A stretch of DNA of 64,000 bases from Bacteroidaceae bacterium. Its GTDB lineage: Bacteria > Bacillota_I > Bacilli_A > RF39 > UBA660. Shown here piece after piece: positions 1-9,612 of the stretch (positions within the stretch are counted from its first letter, which is position 1; each line of letters begins with the position of its first letter). The stretch spans positions 4,949-68,948 of the forward strand of contig CAVEJT010000001.1 in the NCBI GenBank assembly GCA_963616135.1, given 5' to 3'. The position numbers and the translations under genes are program-made. Below the pieces are notes generated by a model. That model worked only from the letters and a program-made list of their open reading frames with translations. It was not told the DNA's origin and did no database searches.

Positions 1-2194
1 CATTTTCTGATTCTGTTGATGTTACTTCCATACCTACTGCTATTCCTTCGCCAACGTCAATACCACGTACACCAGATGCAGTTCTTCCCATCATTCTTAT
101 TTCATCTTCTTTAAATCTAATTAATCTACCATTTGAAGAAGCTATTAATACTTCACTAGTTCCTTCAGTTATTTTTGCTGAAATTAATTCGTCATTTTCT
201 TTTAATGTTATAGCTATTTTTCCATTTGTTCTAATATTTTCAAATTCTTTTATATCTGTTCTCTTAATAATTCCTTTTTGTGTACAAAGTACAACATATG
301 CTGGTGTATCTTTTGGAGTTGCCTTTAACATAACATTAACTTTCTCATCTTTTTCTAAAGGTAATAAGTTAATAATAGGTAATCCTTTTGATTGTCTACT
401 ATATAGAGGAACTTCATACCCTTTCATTCTATATACTTTTCCCTTATTTGTAAAGAACATTATATAGTCATGTGTTGTCATAGAAAGAATACTCTCTACA
501 AAATCTTCTTCATTTGTAGACATTCCTTTAATTCCTACACCACCCCTATTTTGTGATTTATATGTATCACTTGTAACTCTTTTAATATATCCTTTGTTTG
601 TAAGTGTTACTACTAAATCCTCTACTGGAATTAATGATTCATCATCTATATAATCTATTGCTGTCATATCTATTTCTGTTCTTCTATCATCAGCAAATCT
701 GCGCTTAATATCTAATAATTCATCTTTGATTATACTCAATACTTTAGCTTCGCTTGCCAATATTGATCTTAATTCTTCAATTAGTTCTAATAAATCTTTT
801 AATTCTTGTTCTATTTTATCTCTTTCTAAGCCAGTTAAACGTCTTAATTTTAATTCTAAGATATTATCAGATTGTATTTCTGATAAACCAAATCTACTCA
901 TTAAGGTAACTCTTGCCTCTTGATCTGTTTTTGATCCCTTAATTATCTTTATAACTTCATCAATATTATCAAGTGCTATTTTAAATCCTTCTAATATATG
1001 AACTCTTGCTTCTGATTTTTTCAAATCATACCTAGTTCTTCTTATTATAACTTCTTTTTGATGATCGATATATTTTGATATTATGTCTTTCAAACCTAAT
1101 GTTCTAGGTGTTCCTTGGTCTAACATTAAAAATATTATTCCATATGTTGTTTGAAAAGATGTATGTTTATATAAATTATTTAATACAACTTGTGGATTCG
1201 CATCCCTTTTTAATGTTATTGTTATTTTTACACCATTTTTTAAATCAGTATGATAATCTGCTATACCTTCTAATGTTTTATTATGAACTAATTCAGCTAC
1301 TTTTGTCTTTAAATCCATAGTACTTACACCATATGGTACTTCAGTTATTATTATTGCACTATGACCATTTTTTTCCTCTATTTCAGCCTTACTTCTAATA
1401 GTTATAGAACCTCTACCAGTTTCATAAGCCTTTCTAATACCTGAATTTCCAAGTATTATACCACCTGTTGGAAAATCTGGACCTTTTATATATTCCATAA
1501 GACCTAATGTATCTATTTCTGGATTATCTATAAAAGCTACACAGCCATCTATTACTTCACCTAAATTATGAGGTGGAATATTAGTTGCCATTCCTACTGC
1601 TATACCCATAGAACCATTTACCAATATATTTGGAAATCTACTTGGTAATACTCTTGGTTCTTTTTCTGTCTCAGTATAGTTTAAATCCATATCTACAGTG
1701 TCTTTACCAATATCTCTTAATAACTCTAATGATATTTTTGATAATCTTGCTTCTGTATAACGATATGCTGCTGCTCCATCACCTTCAATATTACCAAAGT
1801 TACCATGACCATCTACTAACATATAACGTTCATTAAAATCTTGAGCTAAACGAACCATTGCTTCATAAATACTTGAATCACCATGTGGGTGATAATGTCC
1901 CATAACATATCCTACTGTTGTTGCACTCTTTTTATGTGGTTTATCAGGCGTATTACCTTCTTCATACATTGACCACAAAATTCTTCTATGTACTGGTTTT
2001 AAACCATCCCTTAAATCTGGGATTGCACGTGAAGTTATAACGCTCATAGAATAATCTAAAAATGAATCTTCTACTTCTTTTACTATATTATTTTCAGAAA
2101 GTTTATCTCTCTCATGGAATGTATCTTTAAAAGATGTTTCTTCTTTTTGTATTTCTTCATTTTTTTGTTCTAAATTCTTATTTTCTTCTTCCAT
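1..2194 (-). CDS. gyrA: DNA gyrase subunit A (N-terminal ~730 aa; C-terminus lies beyond window start)
   Basis: Absent from the ORF track because it runs off the window. My reverse-strand translation from ATG 2194-2192 (SD GGAGG at 2204-2200) gives MEEENKNLEQ...DSFLDYSMSVITSRAIPDLRDGLKPVHRRILWSM...GDGAAAYRYTEARL...NIPPHNL. It lies directly downstream of gyrB. Confidence 0.93.
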   Translation of the reverse strand, partial: MEEENKNLEQKNEEIQKEETSFKDTFHERDKLSENNIVKEVEDSFLDYSMSVITSRAIPDLRDGLKPVHRRILWSMYEEGNTPDKPHKKSATTVGYVMGHYHPHGDSSIYEAMVRLAQDFNERYMLVDGHGNFGNIEGDGAAAYRYTEARLSKISLELLRDIGKDTVDMDLNYTETEKEPRVLPSRFPNILVNGSMGIAVGMATNIPPHNLGEVIDGCVAFIDNPEIDTLGLMEYIKGPDFPTGGIILGNSGIRKAYETGRGSITIRSKAEIEEKNGHSAIIITEVPYGVSTMDLKTKVAELVHNKTLEGIADYHTDLKNGVKITITLKRDANPQVVLNNLYKHTSFQTTYGIIFLMLDQGTPRTLGLKDIISKYIDHQKEVIIRRTRYDLKKSEARVHILEGFKIALDNIDEVIKIIKGSKTDQEARVTLMSRFGLSEIQSDNILELKLRRLTGLERDKIEQELKDLLELIEELRSILASEAKVLSIIKDELLDIKRRFADDRRTEIDMTAIDYIDDESLIPVEDLVVTLTNKGYIKRVTSDTYKSQNRGGVGIKGMSTNEEDFVESILSMTTHDYIMFFTNKGKVYRMKGYEVPLYSRQSKGLPIINLLPLEKDEKVNVMLKATPKDTPAYVVLCTQKGIIKRTDIKEFENIRTNGKIAITLKENDELISAKITEGTSEVLIASSNGRLIRFKEDEIRMMGRTASGVRGIDVGEGIAVGMEVTSTESEN

Positions 2195-2203
2195 ATAAAC
2201 CTC

Positions 2204-4132
2204 CTATATATCCAAATTTTGTACATATTTGGCATTTTCTTCGATAAATTTTCTTCTAGGTTCTACTTCATCACCCATTAATTTAGTAAATACCTGATCT
2301 GCCGTCATACAATCGTTTACTGTTATTTTTCTTAATATACGTTTTTCTATATCCATAGTAGTCTCATTTAATTCTTCTGGATCCATTTCTCCTAAACCTT
2401 TCATACGAGTAATTTCTGCACGAGATCTTACATTTTCTGGTAATGTGTTTAAATATGAATTTTTTTCTGCTTCATCTAATACATATTTACGTGTTTTACC
2501 ATGTCTAATTCTAAATAATGGTGGTTGTGCAGCATAAATATGCCCTGCTTCTACTATAGGTCTAAAAAATCTATAGAAAAGAGTTAATAATAATACACGA
2601 ATATGAGCTCCATCTACATCGGCATCGGTCATGATTATTATTTTATCGTATCTAAGTTTCTCTAAATTAAATTCTTCACCTATACCTGTACCAAAAGCAG
2701 TTATTATTGATCTTATTTCTTCATTACCAAGTGCTCTATCTAATCTATTCTTTTCTACGTTTAAAATCTTACCTCTAAGTGGTAAAATTGCTTGTGTCAT
2801 TGAATCTCTTCCTTTTTTTGCACTTCCTCCTGCTGAATCTCCCTCGACTATAAAGATTTCTGAAACTTTTGGGTCTTTACTCTTACAGTCTGATAATTTT
2901 CCAAAGAAGTTTGTAGTTTGCATTTCACTTTTTCTTGTTATTTCACGAGCTTTTTTAGCTGCATTTCTAGCCTTACAAGCAACCATTGCTTTATCTACTA
3001 TAGTTCTTGCTTCTGTAGGATTTTCTAACAAAAACTTTTCAAATCCTTCACTAAAAACATTATCAGCTAGTTTTCTTACTTCACTATTACCTAATCTTCC
3101 TTTTGTTTGTCCTTCAAACTGTGGATTTGGATGCTTACAAGATATTATCATTGTTAAACCTTCTTTAACATCCTCGCCAGTTAAAGATTCATCTTTTTCT
3201 TTTAATAAATTATTTTTTCTTGCATAATTATTAATAACACGTGTTAGCGCTCTTTTAACACCTTCTTCATGTGTTCCTCCATCATGTGTATTAATATTAT
3301 TTACAAAAGAATAAATATTCTCATTATAACCTGTATTATATTGCATAGCTACTTCAAAAAATACACCATCTTCAGAACCTTCTAAATGTATTATTTTATC
3401 GTGAATAACAGTCTTTTGTTGATTAATAAATTTTACATACTCACTTATACCACCTTCATACATAAATGTCTCACCAGTAGTATCTTCTTGGTCTCTATCG
3501 TCTCTTAAAGTAAGTCTTAAACCTCTATTTAAGAATGCTAATTCTCTTATTCTTACCATTAAAGTATTATAATCATATATATCAGTGTCAAATATATCAG
3601 AATCTGGTTTAAATGTTACTACGGTACCCGTTCTATTAATATCACATTCTCCAATTTCTTTTAGTGGTTCTACTGTATGCCCACCATTTTCAAAACGAAT
3701 ATAGTATATCTTACCATTTTTATAAACTTTTACCTCTACCCATTTTGATAAAGCATTTACAACAGAAGCTCCTACTCCGTGTAATCCACCAGATACTTTG
3801 TATCCGCCACCACCAAATTTTCCTCCTGCATGTAATACTGTATAAACTGTTTCAACAGTTGATTTTTTTGTTTTTGGATGAACATCAACTGGTATACCAC
3901 GTCCATCATCTTTTACTGTTATAGAATTATCTTTATTAATAACTACCTCTATATTTTTACAAAAACCTGCCAAAGATTCATCAATTGAGTTATCAACTAT
4001 TTCCCAAACTAAATGATGTAATCCTTTTACATCCGTTGTACCTATATACATACCAGGTCTTTTTCTAACAGCTTCTAATCCTTCTAATACTTGAATGTCT
4101 GATGCATCATAATGATTTAAATTTTCATTCAT
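2204..4132 (-). CDS. gyrB: DNA gyrase subunit B
   Basis: 642 aa. Motifs: [40 protein letters not shown], Toprim [26 protein letters not shown]. Confidence 0.97.
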   Translation of the reverse strand: MNENLNHYDASDIQVLEGLEAVRKRPGMYIGTTDVKGLHHLVWEIVDNSIDESLAGFCKNIEVVINKDNSITVKDDGRGIPVDVHPKTKKSTVETVYTVLHAGGKFGGGGYKVSGGLHGVGASVVNALSKWVEVKVYKNGKIYYIRFENGGHTVEPLKEIGECDINRTGTVVTFKPDSDIFDTDIYDYNTLMVRIRELAFLNRGLRLTLRDDRDQEDTTGETFMYEGGISEYVKFINQQKTVIHDKIIHLEGSEDGVFFEVAMQYNTGYNENIYSFVNNINTHDGGTHEEGVKRALTRVINNYARKNNLLKEKDESLTGEDVKEGLTMIISCKHPNPQFEGQTKGRLGNSEVRKLADNVFSEGFEKFLLENPTEARTIVDKAMVACKARNAAKKAREITRKSEMQTTNFFGKLSDCKSKDPKVSEIFIVEGDSAGGSAKKGRDSMTQAILPLRGKILNVEKNRLDRALGNEEIRSIITAFGTGIGEEFNLEKLRYDKIIIMTDADVDGAHIRVLLLTLFYRFFRPIVEAGHIYAAQPPLFRIRHGKTRKYVLDEAEKNSYLNTLPENVRSRAEITRMKGLGEMDPEELNETTMDIEKRILRKITVNDCMTADQVFTKLMGDEVEPRRKFIEENAKYVQNLDI

Positions 4133-5249
4133 CTATCTTCACCTCTTTTATTTTTACGATGTTACCATTATTTATATTAAATAATTTAGATTTTTTAATT
4201 AATTTTGGATCTAAATTATTTAAATCAGTAGTTGTTATAATTGTCTGTATATTTTTATTTATATACTTTAACAAATTATTCTTTTTTTTATCATCCAATT
4301 CACTAAAAATATCATCTAGTAATAAAATTGGAGTCGTTTCTTTATATTTTTTAAATATTTCTATTTCCGCCAATTTAAAAGCCAATACAGCAATTCTTTG
4401 TTGACCTTGAGAACCATAATATTTTAAATTTTTATCATTTAAATAATACTCAATATCATCTTTATGTGGCCCTATATCTGTTGAACATATTTTAATATCA
4501 TATGTTAAACGTTTATTATATTCTTCTAATAAAAATTGTTTTAAATTAGAATCATTTATATCTATATCCATATTTGGAACATACTTAATATTAAATCCAT
4601 CTATGTTCATAACATCATTATAAATTTTTTTACAGTAATCATTTATTTTATTAACATATTTATTACGTAATTTGTATATCATAATTGATTTATCAACTAG
4701 ATAACCAGTTAAAATATTAATATAATTTATATCTTTTGATTCTTGTTTATTTAATTTTTTTAAATATTCATTCCTAATTTTAAGTATTTTATTATATTCA
4801 TTAATAAGAATATAATAATTACTATACAATTGAGACAATTCTAAATTTAAATATTTTCTTCGGTTTATAGGAGAACCTTTTATTAATTCTAAATCATCTG
4901 GCGAAAATATTATAATATTAAGTAATGATATATAATCACTTACTTTTTTTACAACATCTCCATTATACTTTAAAACTTTATTTTTATTATCTATATATAT
5001 ATTTAATTTATTATCTGATGAATCATTATAAATACCTTCTATAGTTAAGTATTCTTCATCCTTTTTTATTAAACTATTATCGATAAAACTTCTATGAGAT
5101 TTTGTTGAACCTAAAACAAATATACTTTCTAACAAATTTGTTTTACCTTGAGCATTATTTCCATAAATTATATTTATTCCTTTTGTAAGAGTTAACTGCA
5201 AACTACTATAATTTCTAAAATTGTGCAATTTTATTTTTTTTAAGTACAT
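4125..5249 (-). CDS. recF: DNA replication/repair protein RecF
   Basis: 374 aa. Walker [16 protein letters not shown]-like signature GSQGQQR, Walker [13 protein letters not shown]. Overlaps the gyrB start by 8 nt. Confidence 0.9.
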   Translation of the reverse strand: MYLKKIKLHNFRNYSSLQLTLTKGINIIYGNNAQGKTNLLESIFVLGSTKSHRSFIDNSLIKKDEEYLTIEGIYNDSSDNKLNIYIDNKNKVLKYNGDVVKKVSDYISLLNIIIFSPDDLELIKGSPINRRKYLNLELSQLYSNYYILINEYNKILKIRNEYLKKLNKQESKDINYINILTGYLVDKSIMIYKLRNKYVNKINDYCKKIYNDVMNIDGFNIKYVPNMDIDINDSNLKQFLLEEYNKRLTYDIKICSTDIGPHKDDIEYYLNDKNLKYYGSQGQQRIAVLAFKLAEIEIFKKYKETTPILLLDDIFSELDDKKKNNLLKYINKNIQTIITTTDLNNLDPKLIKKSKLFNINNGNIVKIKEVKIDE

Positions 5250-5369
5250 AAAAGTTCTCTTTTCATCATTATATCCCCCTATTTTTAATTTTTCTGCGAA
5301 TTAATACTCCTATACACATATATAATTATACCATAATTTAAGCAATAAAAAAAGAAAAAATCGTTTTTT

Positions 5370-5834
5370 TCAATCTTTTCTCATATTTTTTATCTCATAT
5401 AATTTTGTTTTTAACATGTTTGCTCTATAAATTTGATTTTCAAGTGAATAAAACGAAATATTTATATTCATTTTATTTAAATTTTTAAAAATTATTTCAC
5501 TTTTATTATTTACATTATATATTTTTTTATATTTATCTATTTTATTTAAAGCAATCCAAGTAGCTTGTTGAGTTCTTGCTGATGTTGTTGGAAAAAATAT
5601 TATATTTCTACTCTCTTCTATTATAATTGGAAATTTGGTTTTTATACCAGTTAATGCCTTTGTTCCTACACATCTACCTTGATATGAACTACCATAAAAT
5701 TCACAATTTTTTTTAATTATACTATTTGCTGATTGTTTTACAACATAATTTTCTTCTTCTTCATATACCATTGAATTACTTTCATCTAACGGTACTATTG
5801 CCATTGTAGATGAATTTATCTCATATTCTTTCAT
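5370..5834 (-). CDS. ComK-family competence transcription factor homolog
   Basis: 154 aa. It aligns by eye block-for-block with B. subtilis ComK: YEINSSTMAIVP / YEVNGATIAVLP; CEFYGSSYQGRCVGT / CRFFGSSYAGRKAGT; KFPIIIEESRNIIFFPTTSARTQQATWI / KPPIMVDPSNQIFLFPTLSSTRPQCGWI; ISFYSLENQIYRA / ISYNSFENQVYRT. Confidence 0.75.
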   Translation of the reverse strand: MKEYEINSSTMAIVPLDESNSMVYEEEENYVVKQSANSIIKKNCEFYGSSYQGRCVGTKALTGIKTKFPIIIEESRNIIFFPTTSARTQQATWIALNKIDKYKKIYNVNNKSEIIFKNLNKMNINISFYSLENQIYRANMLKTKLYEIKNMRKD

Positions 5835-5936
5835 ACTATCCCCCTTCCTTGTGTACTCTTATACACTACCAAGTTGTCGAAATAAATAGAATTATGTCGA
5901 TAAAATTCAATTTTTTTAATTTTTTATACAAAAAAA

Positions 5937-5969
5937 GTGTATAACTTTATTTTTATATAAGTTATACAC
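5937..5969 (-). terminator. Rho-independent terminator after dnaN
   Basis: 11-bp inverted repeat GTGTATAACTT (5937-5947) / AAGTTATACAC (5959-5969), followed on the minus strand by a T-run (5930-5936). Confidence 0.6.
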
Positions 5970-5980
5970 TCTTATTTTTA

Positions 5981-7102
5981 TTAATAAGTCCTTATTGGTA
6001 ATATTAACTGTGTTAAATCATTGTTATCCACATAGTTTAATATTATAGGCTTTATTTCACCATTAAATAATAACTCAATTTCATCACTTTCAAATGTTTT
6101 TATTGCATCCATCATATATTTAGAACTAAAAGAAATTTTAATATCAGAATCATTGCTTTTTTCTATATTTATTTTCTCTTCTACATTTCCTATTTCAGGA
6201 ATATTAGATGAGATAATCATTATATCTCCTTTTGTTTCTAGTTTTATAATATTTTTTTCTTCTGAATTTGTTAAAAGTGATGCCCTATCAATTGAATTAT
6301 AAAAATTATCTAATTTAACTTTAATTTTTAAATCAAAACTATCAGGAATTAGTTTATTTGTATCTGGATAATTACCATTTATAAGTCTTGTCATTACGAT
6401 TAAATTTTTTATTTTAAATATTACTTTATTTGTAAATATATGCATTTCACATTTTTCTTCATCATCTAGCATTAATTTAGTTATTTCATTTACATTCCTA
6501 CTTGGGATAATAATATCTATATTATCCTCAACAGCTGCATCTAAAGTAATTCTTTTTTTTGATAATCTATACGAATCTGTAGCTGTTACTTCCATTAAAT
6601 TATCATTTACTTTAAAGTTTATACCTGTTAAAATTGGTCTACTTTCTTGATTAGAAGCTGCAAATATAGTTTGATTAATAGTTGTTTTAAATATTTTTTG
6701 ATCTATTAATATAGGAGTATTAGTAAATTCTAAATCTAAATCAGGAAATTCATTTACATTATTGCAATTTAATTTAAATGAAGAATTAGCTGTTGTTATT
6801 AATACTTGTGAATCTATTATTTCTTCTATATTAATAATTTCATTATCTAATCTTTTTACTATATCATATATATATCTACCAGATATTAATAATTCTCCTT
6901 GTATTTCAATTTCTTCAATTTTTTCTTTTGGGATAAAAGATTTAATAGCAAGTTCATTATCTGTACTTAATAAATATAAACCTTCATCATTTAATTCAAA
7001 TTTTATACAATTTAAAATAGGAATTAAATTTTTATTTGAAATACCTCTTATAACATAATTTAAATGTTCCATTAATACTTTTTGTTTAATTTTTAATTTC
7101 AT
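5981..7102 (-). CDS. dnaN: DNA polymerase III beta sliding clamp
   Basis: 373 aa, typical three-domain clamp length. Contains ATDSYRLS and ends LILPIRTY. Lies immediately downstream of dnaA. Confidence 0.94.
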   Translation of the reverse strand: MKLKIKQKVLMEHLNYVIRGISNKNLIPILNCIKFELNDEGLYLLSTDNELAIKSFIPKEKIEEIEIQGELLISGRYIYDIVKRLDNEIINIEEIIDSQVLITTANSSFKLNCNNVNEFPDLDLEFTNTPILIDQKIFKTTINQTIFAASNQESRPILTGINFKVNDNLMEVTATDSYRLSKKRITLDAAVEDNIDIIIPSRNVNEITKLMLDDEEKCEMHIFTNKVIFKIKNLIVMTRLINGNYPDTNKLIPDSFDLKIKVKLDNFYNSIDRASLLTNSEEKNIIKLETKGDIMIISSNIPEIGNVEEKINIEKSNDSDIKISFSSKYMMDAIKTFESDEIELLFNGEIKPIILNYVDNNDLTQLILPIRTY

Positions 7103-7228
7103 ATTATTCCTTCTTTCTAATATATATTATTTTTATTAATGTTCATAATGTTGATAACCCACTTTTTCTTTTATTTATAAGGCATTAATGTATGTGCATA
7201 AAAAGTTTATATTTATATTTTTTACACA
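7103..7228. promoter_or_regulatory. oriC, dnaA-dnaN intergenic part (DnaA-box-like 9-mers)
   Basis: TGTGCATAA at 7193-7201 (reverse complement TTATGCACA, 1 mismatch to TTATCCACA). TGTTGATAA at 7149-7157 (reverse complement TTATCAACA, 1 mismatch). Confidence 0.55.
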
Positions 7229-8584
7229 TTATCTTATTTCATTAACCATTTTTTGTATTTCAGAATTTAAAATATCATCTCTTAAAATCTCTTTTTTAAT
7301 CTTATCTACAGCATGCATTACAGTTGTATGATTCTTTCCACCAAATTGTATGCCTATTTTAGTTAAATTTTCATCCAAATAGACCCTACAAATATACATT
7401 GCTACTTGTCTAGGTATAGCAATTTCATTGCTTCTTTTCTTGCTCAATAGTTCTTCTTGTGTTAGATTATAATGTTCACAAATAATTTGAACTACTTGAT
7501 CCATTTTATTTTTTGAAACAATTGTTTTAACAAAATAATCTTTTAAGGCATCAATAGCAAGTTCAAGTGTTATATCAGAACCATTCATCATAGTAGCGAA
7601 TGCAAATACACGAGTAATAGCACCTTCAAGCTTTCTTACATCCCCTACGCAATTACTAGCAATATACTCTTTAACCTCTTCAGGAACAACCCCAGACAGC
7701 TCATTATTTTCTATTTTTTTATTTAGGATAGACATTCTAAGTTTAAAATCAGGAGGTAAAATGTTAACTTGTAATCCCCAATTAAATCTAGTTTTTAAGC
7801 GCTCTTCTAACTTTTTTATATCGTCAGGAGATCTGTCAGATGATATTATAATTTGTTTTTCATTATTATATAATTCATTAAATGTATTAAAAAATTCTTG
7901 TTGTGCACTAGTCGCACCTACTAAATTATGAATATCATCAATCATAAGTACATCTATATCTCTATATTTATTTTTAAATTGCTTTATTGCATCCATATTA
8001 TTTGATCCAGCATTTTTTCTACATATATCAACAAAGTCAGAGACAAAATTATCGCAAGTAATATATAAGACTTTTTTATTGCTGTTTTTAACAATATAGT
8101 TACCTATTGAATGCATAAGATGTGTTTTTCCAAGTCCACTAGAACCATATATAAATAATGGATTATACATTTTTCCAGGTTGTTCAGCAACAGCAAGAGC
8201 ACTCGTTGCAGCAAATTTATTACTAGGACCAATCATAAAATTTTCAAATGTGTATTTAGGATCTAGATTAGTTTCATATACTTCATTATTATTTGGAACA
8301 CCAATAACTTGTGTATTTTCACTTAAAATATTATCTACTTCTTCTTCAATAACATAATTAAATTTAAAGTTAGAACCTGTTATTTCAGTAAACACTTCTT
8401 CTATAATATCGTTGTAATTTTCACTTAAATTCTTTTTATGTATATGATAAGGAACTAGTACGGTAGCAACGTTATTATTTAAATTAATCAGTTTGGTTTC
8501 TGAAAACCAAGTATCATATGCAATATCAGATATTTGTAATTTGATTTTTTCTAAAAAAGAATTCCATATGTTATTTAAATCCAT
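7229..8584 (-). CDS. dnaA: Chromosomal replication initiator DnaA
   Basis: 451 aa. AAA+ Walker A GSSGLGKTHLMH, Walker B VLMIDDIH, C-terminal DNA-binding region IAIPRQVAMYICR...KIGIQFGGKNHTTVMHA. Confidence 0.97.
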   Translation of the reverse strand: MDLNNIWNSFLEKIKLQISDIAYDTWFSETKLINLNNNVATVLVPYHIHKKNLSENYNDIIEEVFTEITGSNFKFNYVIEEEVDNILSENTQVIGVPNNNEVYETNLDPKYTFENFMIGPSNKFAATSALAVAEQPGKMYNPLFIYGSSGLGKTHLMHSIGNYIVKNSNKKVLYITCDNFVSDFVDICRKNAGSNNMDAIKQFKNKYRDIDVLMIDDIHNLVGATSAQQEFFNTFNELYNNEKQIIISSDRSPDDIKKLEERLKTRFNWGLQVNILPPDFKLRMSILNKKIENNELSGVVPEEVKEYIASNCVGDVRKLEGAITRVFAFATMMNGSDITLELAIDALKDYFVKTIVSKNKMDQVVQIICEHYNLTQEELLSKKRSNEIAIPRQVAMYICRVYLDENLTKIGIQFGGKNHTTVMHAVDKIKKEILRDDILNSEIQKMVNEIR

Positions 8585-9021
8585 ATTACTACCTCCTTAA
8601 AACTTATACACCTATATTTTACAATAATTTTTCTTTAAAAACAACAAAAAAATAGAAATATGTGCATAAACTTAAAAAAATGTAGAAAAATGTGTTATGA
8701 ACATTTTAATTAATAAAAAAATAAAGAAATTATGTTTATAAATAAAAATACTAACAAAACTTATAAACACTTATAAATGTTTAAAAATATAGCTTTATAT
8801 AACTTATCAACAATTTTGTGCATAAATTTATACACAAAAACATGTGAACATTTTAAGAATTTTGTTTATAAGTGTAATATTTTGTGCATAATTATTATTA
8901 ACAATAAAATTATTAACAAAAATGTGTATAACTTAAATAAATGAATTTTGTTGGGAAATAATTATTAAAAAAGAATTCTGGTATTTCCCAAAACCAAAAT
9001 TTAAATAATGAAATAAAAACA
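8585..9021. promoter_or_regulatory. oriC, main DnaA-box cluster and AT-rich unwinding region upstream of dnaA
   Basis: One-mismatch DnaA boxes read by eye: TGTGCATAA at 8661-8669, 8817-8825 and 8883-8891; TTATCAACA at 8804-8812; TTATACACA at 8828-8836; TGTGTATAA at 8923-8931. A nearly pure A/T stretch lies at 8932-9021. Confidence 0.75.
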
Positions 9022-9050
9022 TTGACAAAAAACAAAAAAATATATATAAT
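9022..9050 (+). promoter_or_regulatory. Sigma-A type promoter of rpmH
   Basis: TTGACA (9022-9027), 17-nt spacer, TATAAT (9045-9050). Confidence 0.6.
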
Positions 9051-9093
9051 TTATAAAGCAAGCAGAAAAATTATATATAATGGAGGTGTTAAA

Positions 9094-9216
9094 ATGAAAA
9101 GAACATATCAACCAAATAATCATAGAAAAAGTAAAAAATTAGGTTTCATGGCTCGTATGAAAACAAAAATGATAAATAATAGAAGAAGAAAAGGACGTAA
9201 AGTTTTATCTCATTAA
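9094..9216 (+). CDS. rpmH: 50S ribosomal protein L34
   Basis: [25 protein letters not shown]... The internal ATG at 9094 is preceded by GGAGGTG. The track ORF start at 9022 coincides with the promoter -35, so it is not the real start. Confidence 0.95.
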   Translation: MKRTYQPNNHRKSKKLGFMARMKTKMINNRRRKGRKVLSH

Positions 9217-9220
9217 TATT

Positions 9221-9248
9221 CCACTGATTCGTCAGTGGTTTTATTTTT
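9221..9248 (+). terminator. Hairpin plus T-run between rpmH and rnpA (probable partial terminator)
   Basis: CCACTGA (9221-9227), loop TTCG, TCAGTGG (9232-9238), then TTTTATTTTT. Confidence 0.55.
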
Positions 9249-9264
9249 ATAAAGGAATGATTAT

Positions 9265-9612
9265 ATGAAAAAGATTAATATAATAAAAGAAAGTCGAGAT
9301 TTTGATAGAATAATTCATAACAATAAACCATATAAGTATAAAGACTACATTATTTATGTTGAAAGAAATACAAATAATGTTTATAAATTTGGTTTATCTG
9401 TTGGTAAAAAAATAGGTAATGCTGTTAATAGAAATAAAGTAAAAAGACAATTAAAATATATTATTGATCAAAAAGACTATCAAAATAACTTTAATTGTAT
9501 TATAATAGTTGGTAAGGGAATAAAAGAAAGAACTTTTGAAGAACGAAAAGATAATTTATTAAAAGCCCTTGAAAATTTAAAATTAATAAAGGAGAAAAAA
9601 TATGAAGAATAA
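9265..9612 (+). CDS. rnpA: Ribonuclease P protein component
   Basis: 115 aa, basic, contains GLSVGKKIGNAVNRNKVKRQLK (RNR motif). Conserved position after rpmH. Confidence 0.9.
   Translation: MKKINIIKESRDFDRIIHNNKPYKYKDYIIYVERNTNNVYKFGLSVGKKIGNAVNRNKVKRQLKYIIDQKDYQNNFNCIIIVGKGIKERTFEERKDNLLKALENLKLIKEKKYEE

Noticed and set aside
726-1836. Three plus-strand ORFs in the track (726-923, 1108-1320, 1630-1836)
   Set aside because: They lie antisense to the clearly coding gyrA frame. Their translations are low-complexity, Leu/Ile/Ser-rich and without motifs, typical of shadow ORFs in AT-rich DNA.
2026-2041. parS-like core GATTGCACGTGAAGTT inside gyrA
   Set aside because: Only the central CACGTGAA matches, with five mismatches to the 16-bp consensus. 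Similar weak cores at about 53094, 55563 and 3236 were rejected for the same reason.
2631-4404. Plus-strand ORFs 2631-3227, 3664-3924 and 4102-4404
   Set aside because: They are antisense shadows of gyrB and recF. No SD and no recognisable domains.
8953-8977. Reading GGGAAAT-N13-GAATT at oriC as a sigma-H type promoter
   Set aside because: The -35 has GGGA instead of AGGA and the spacing is about 1-2 nt short. The second motif cluster at noc has no GAAT element, so a shared promoter explanation fails.
9022-9093. Long form of rpmH starting at 9022
   Set aside because: The first 24 codons overlap the TTGACA/TATAAT promoter. L34 homology begins at MKRTYQP (9094), which has its own SD.
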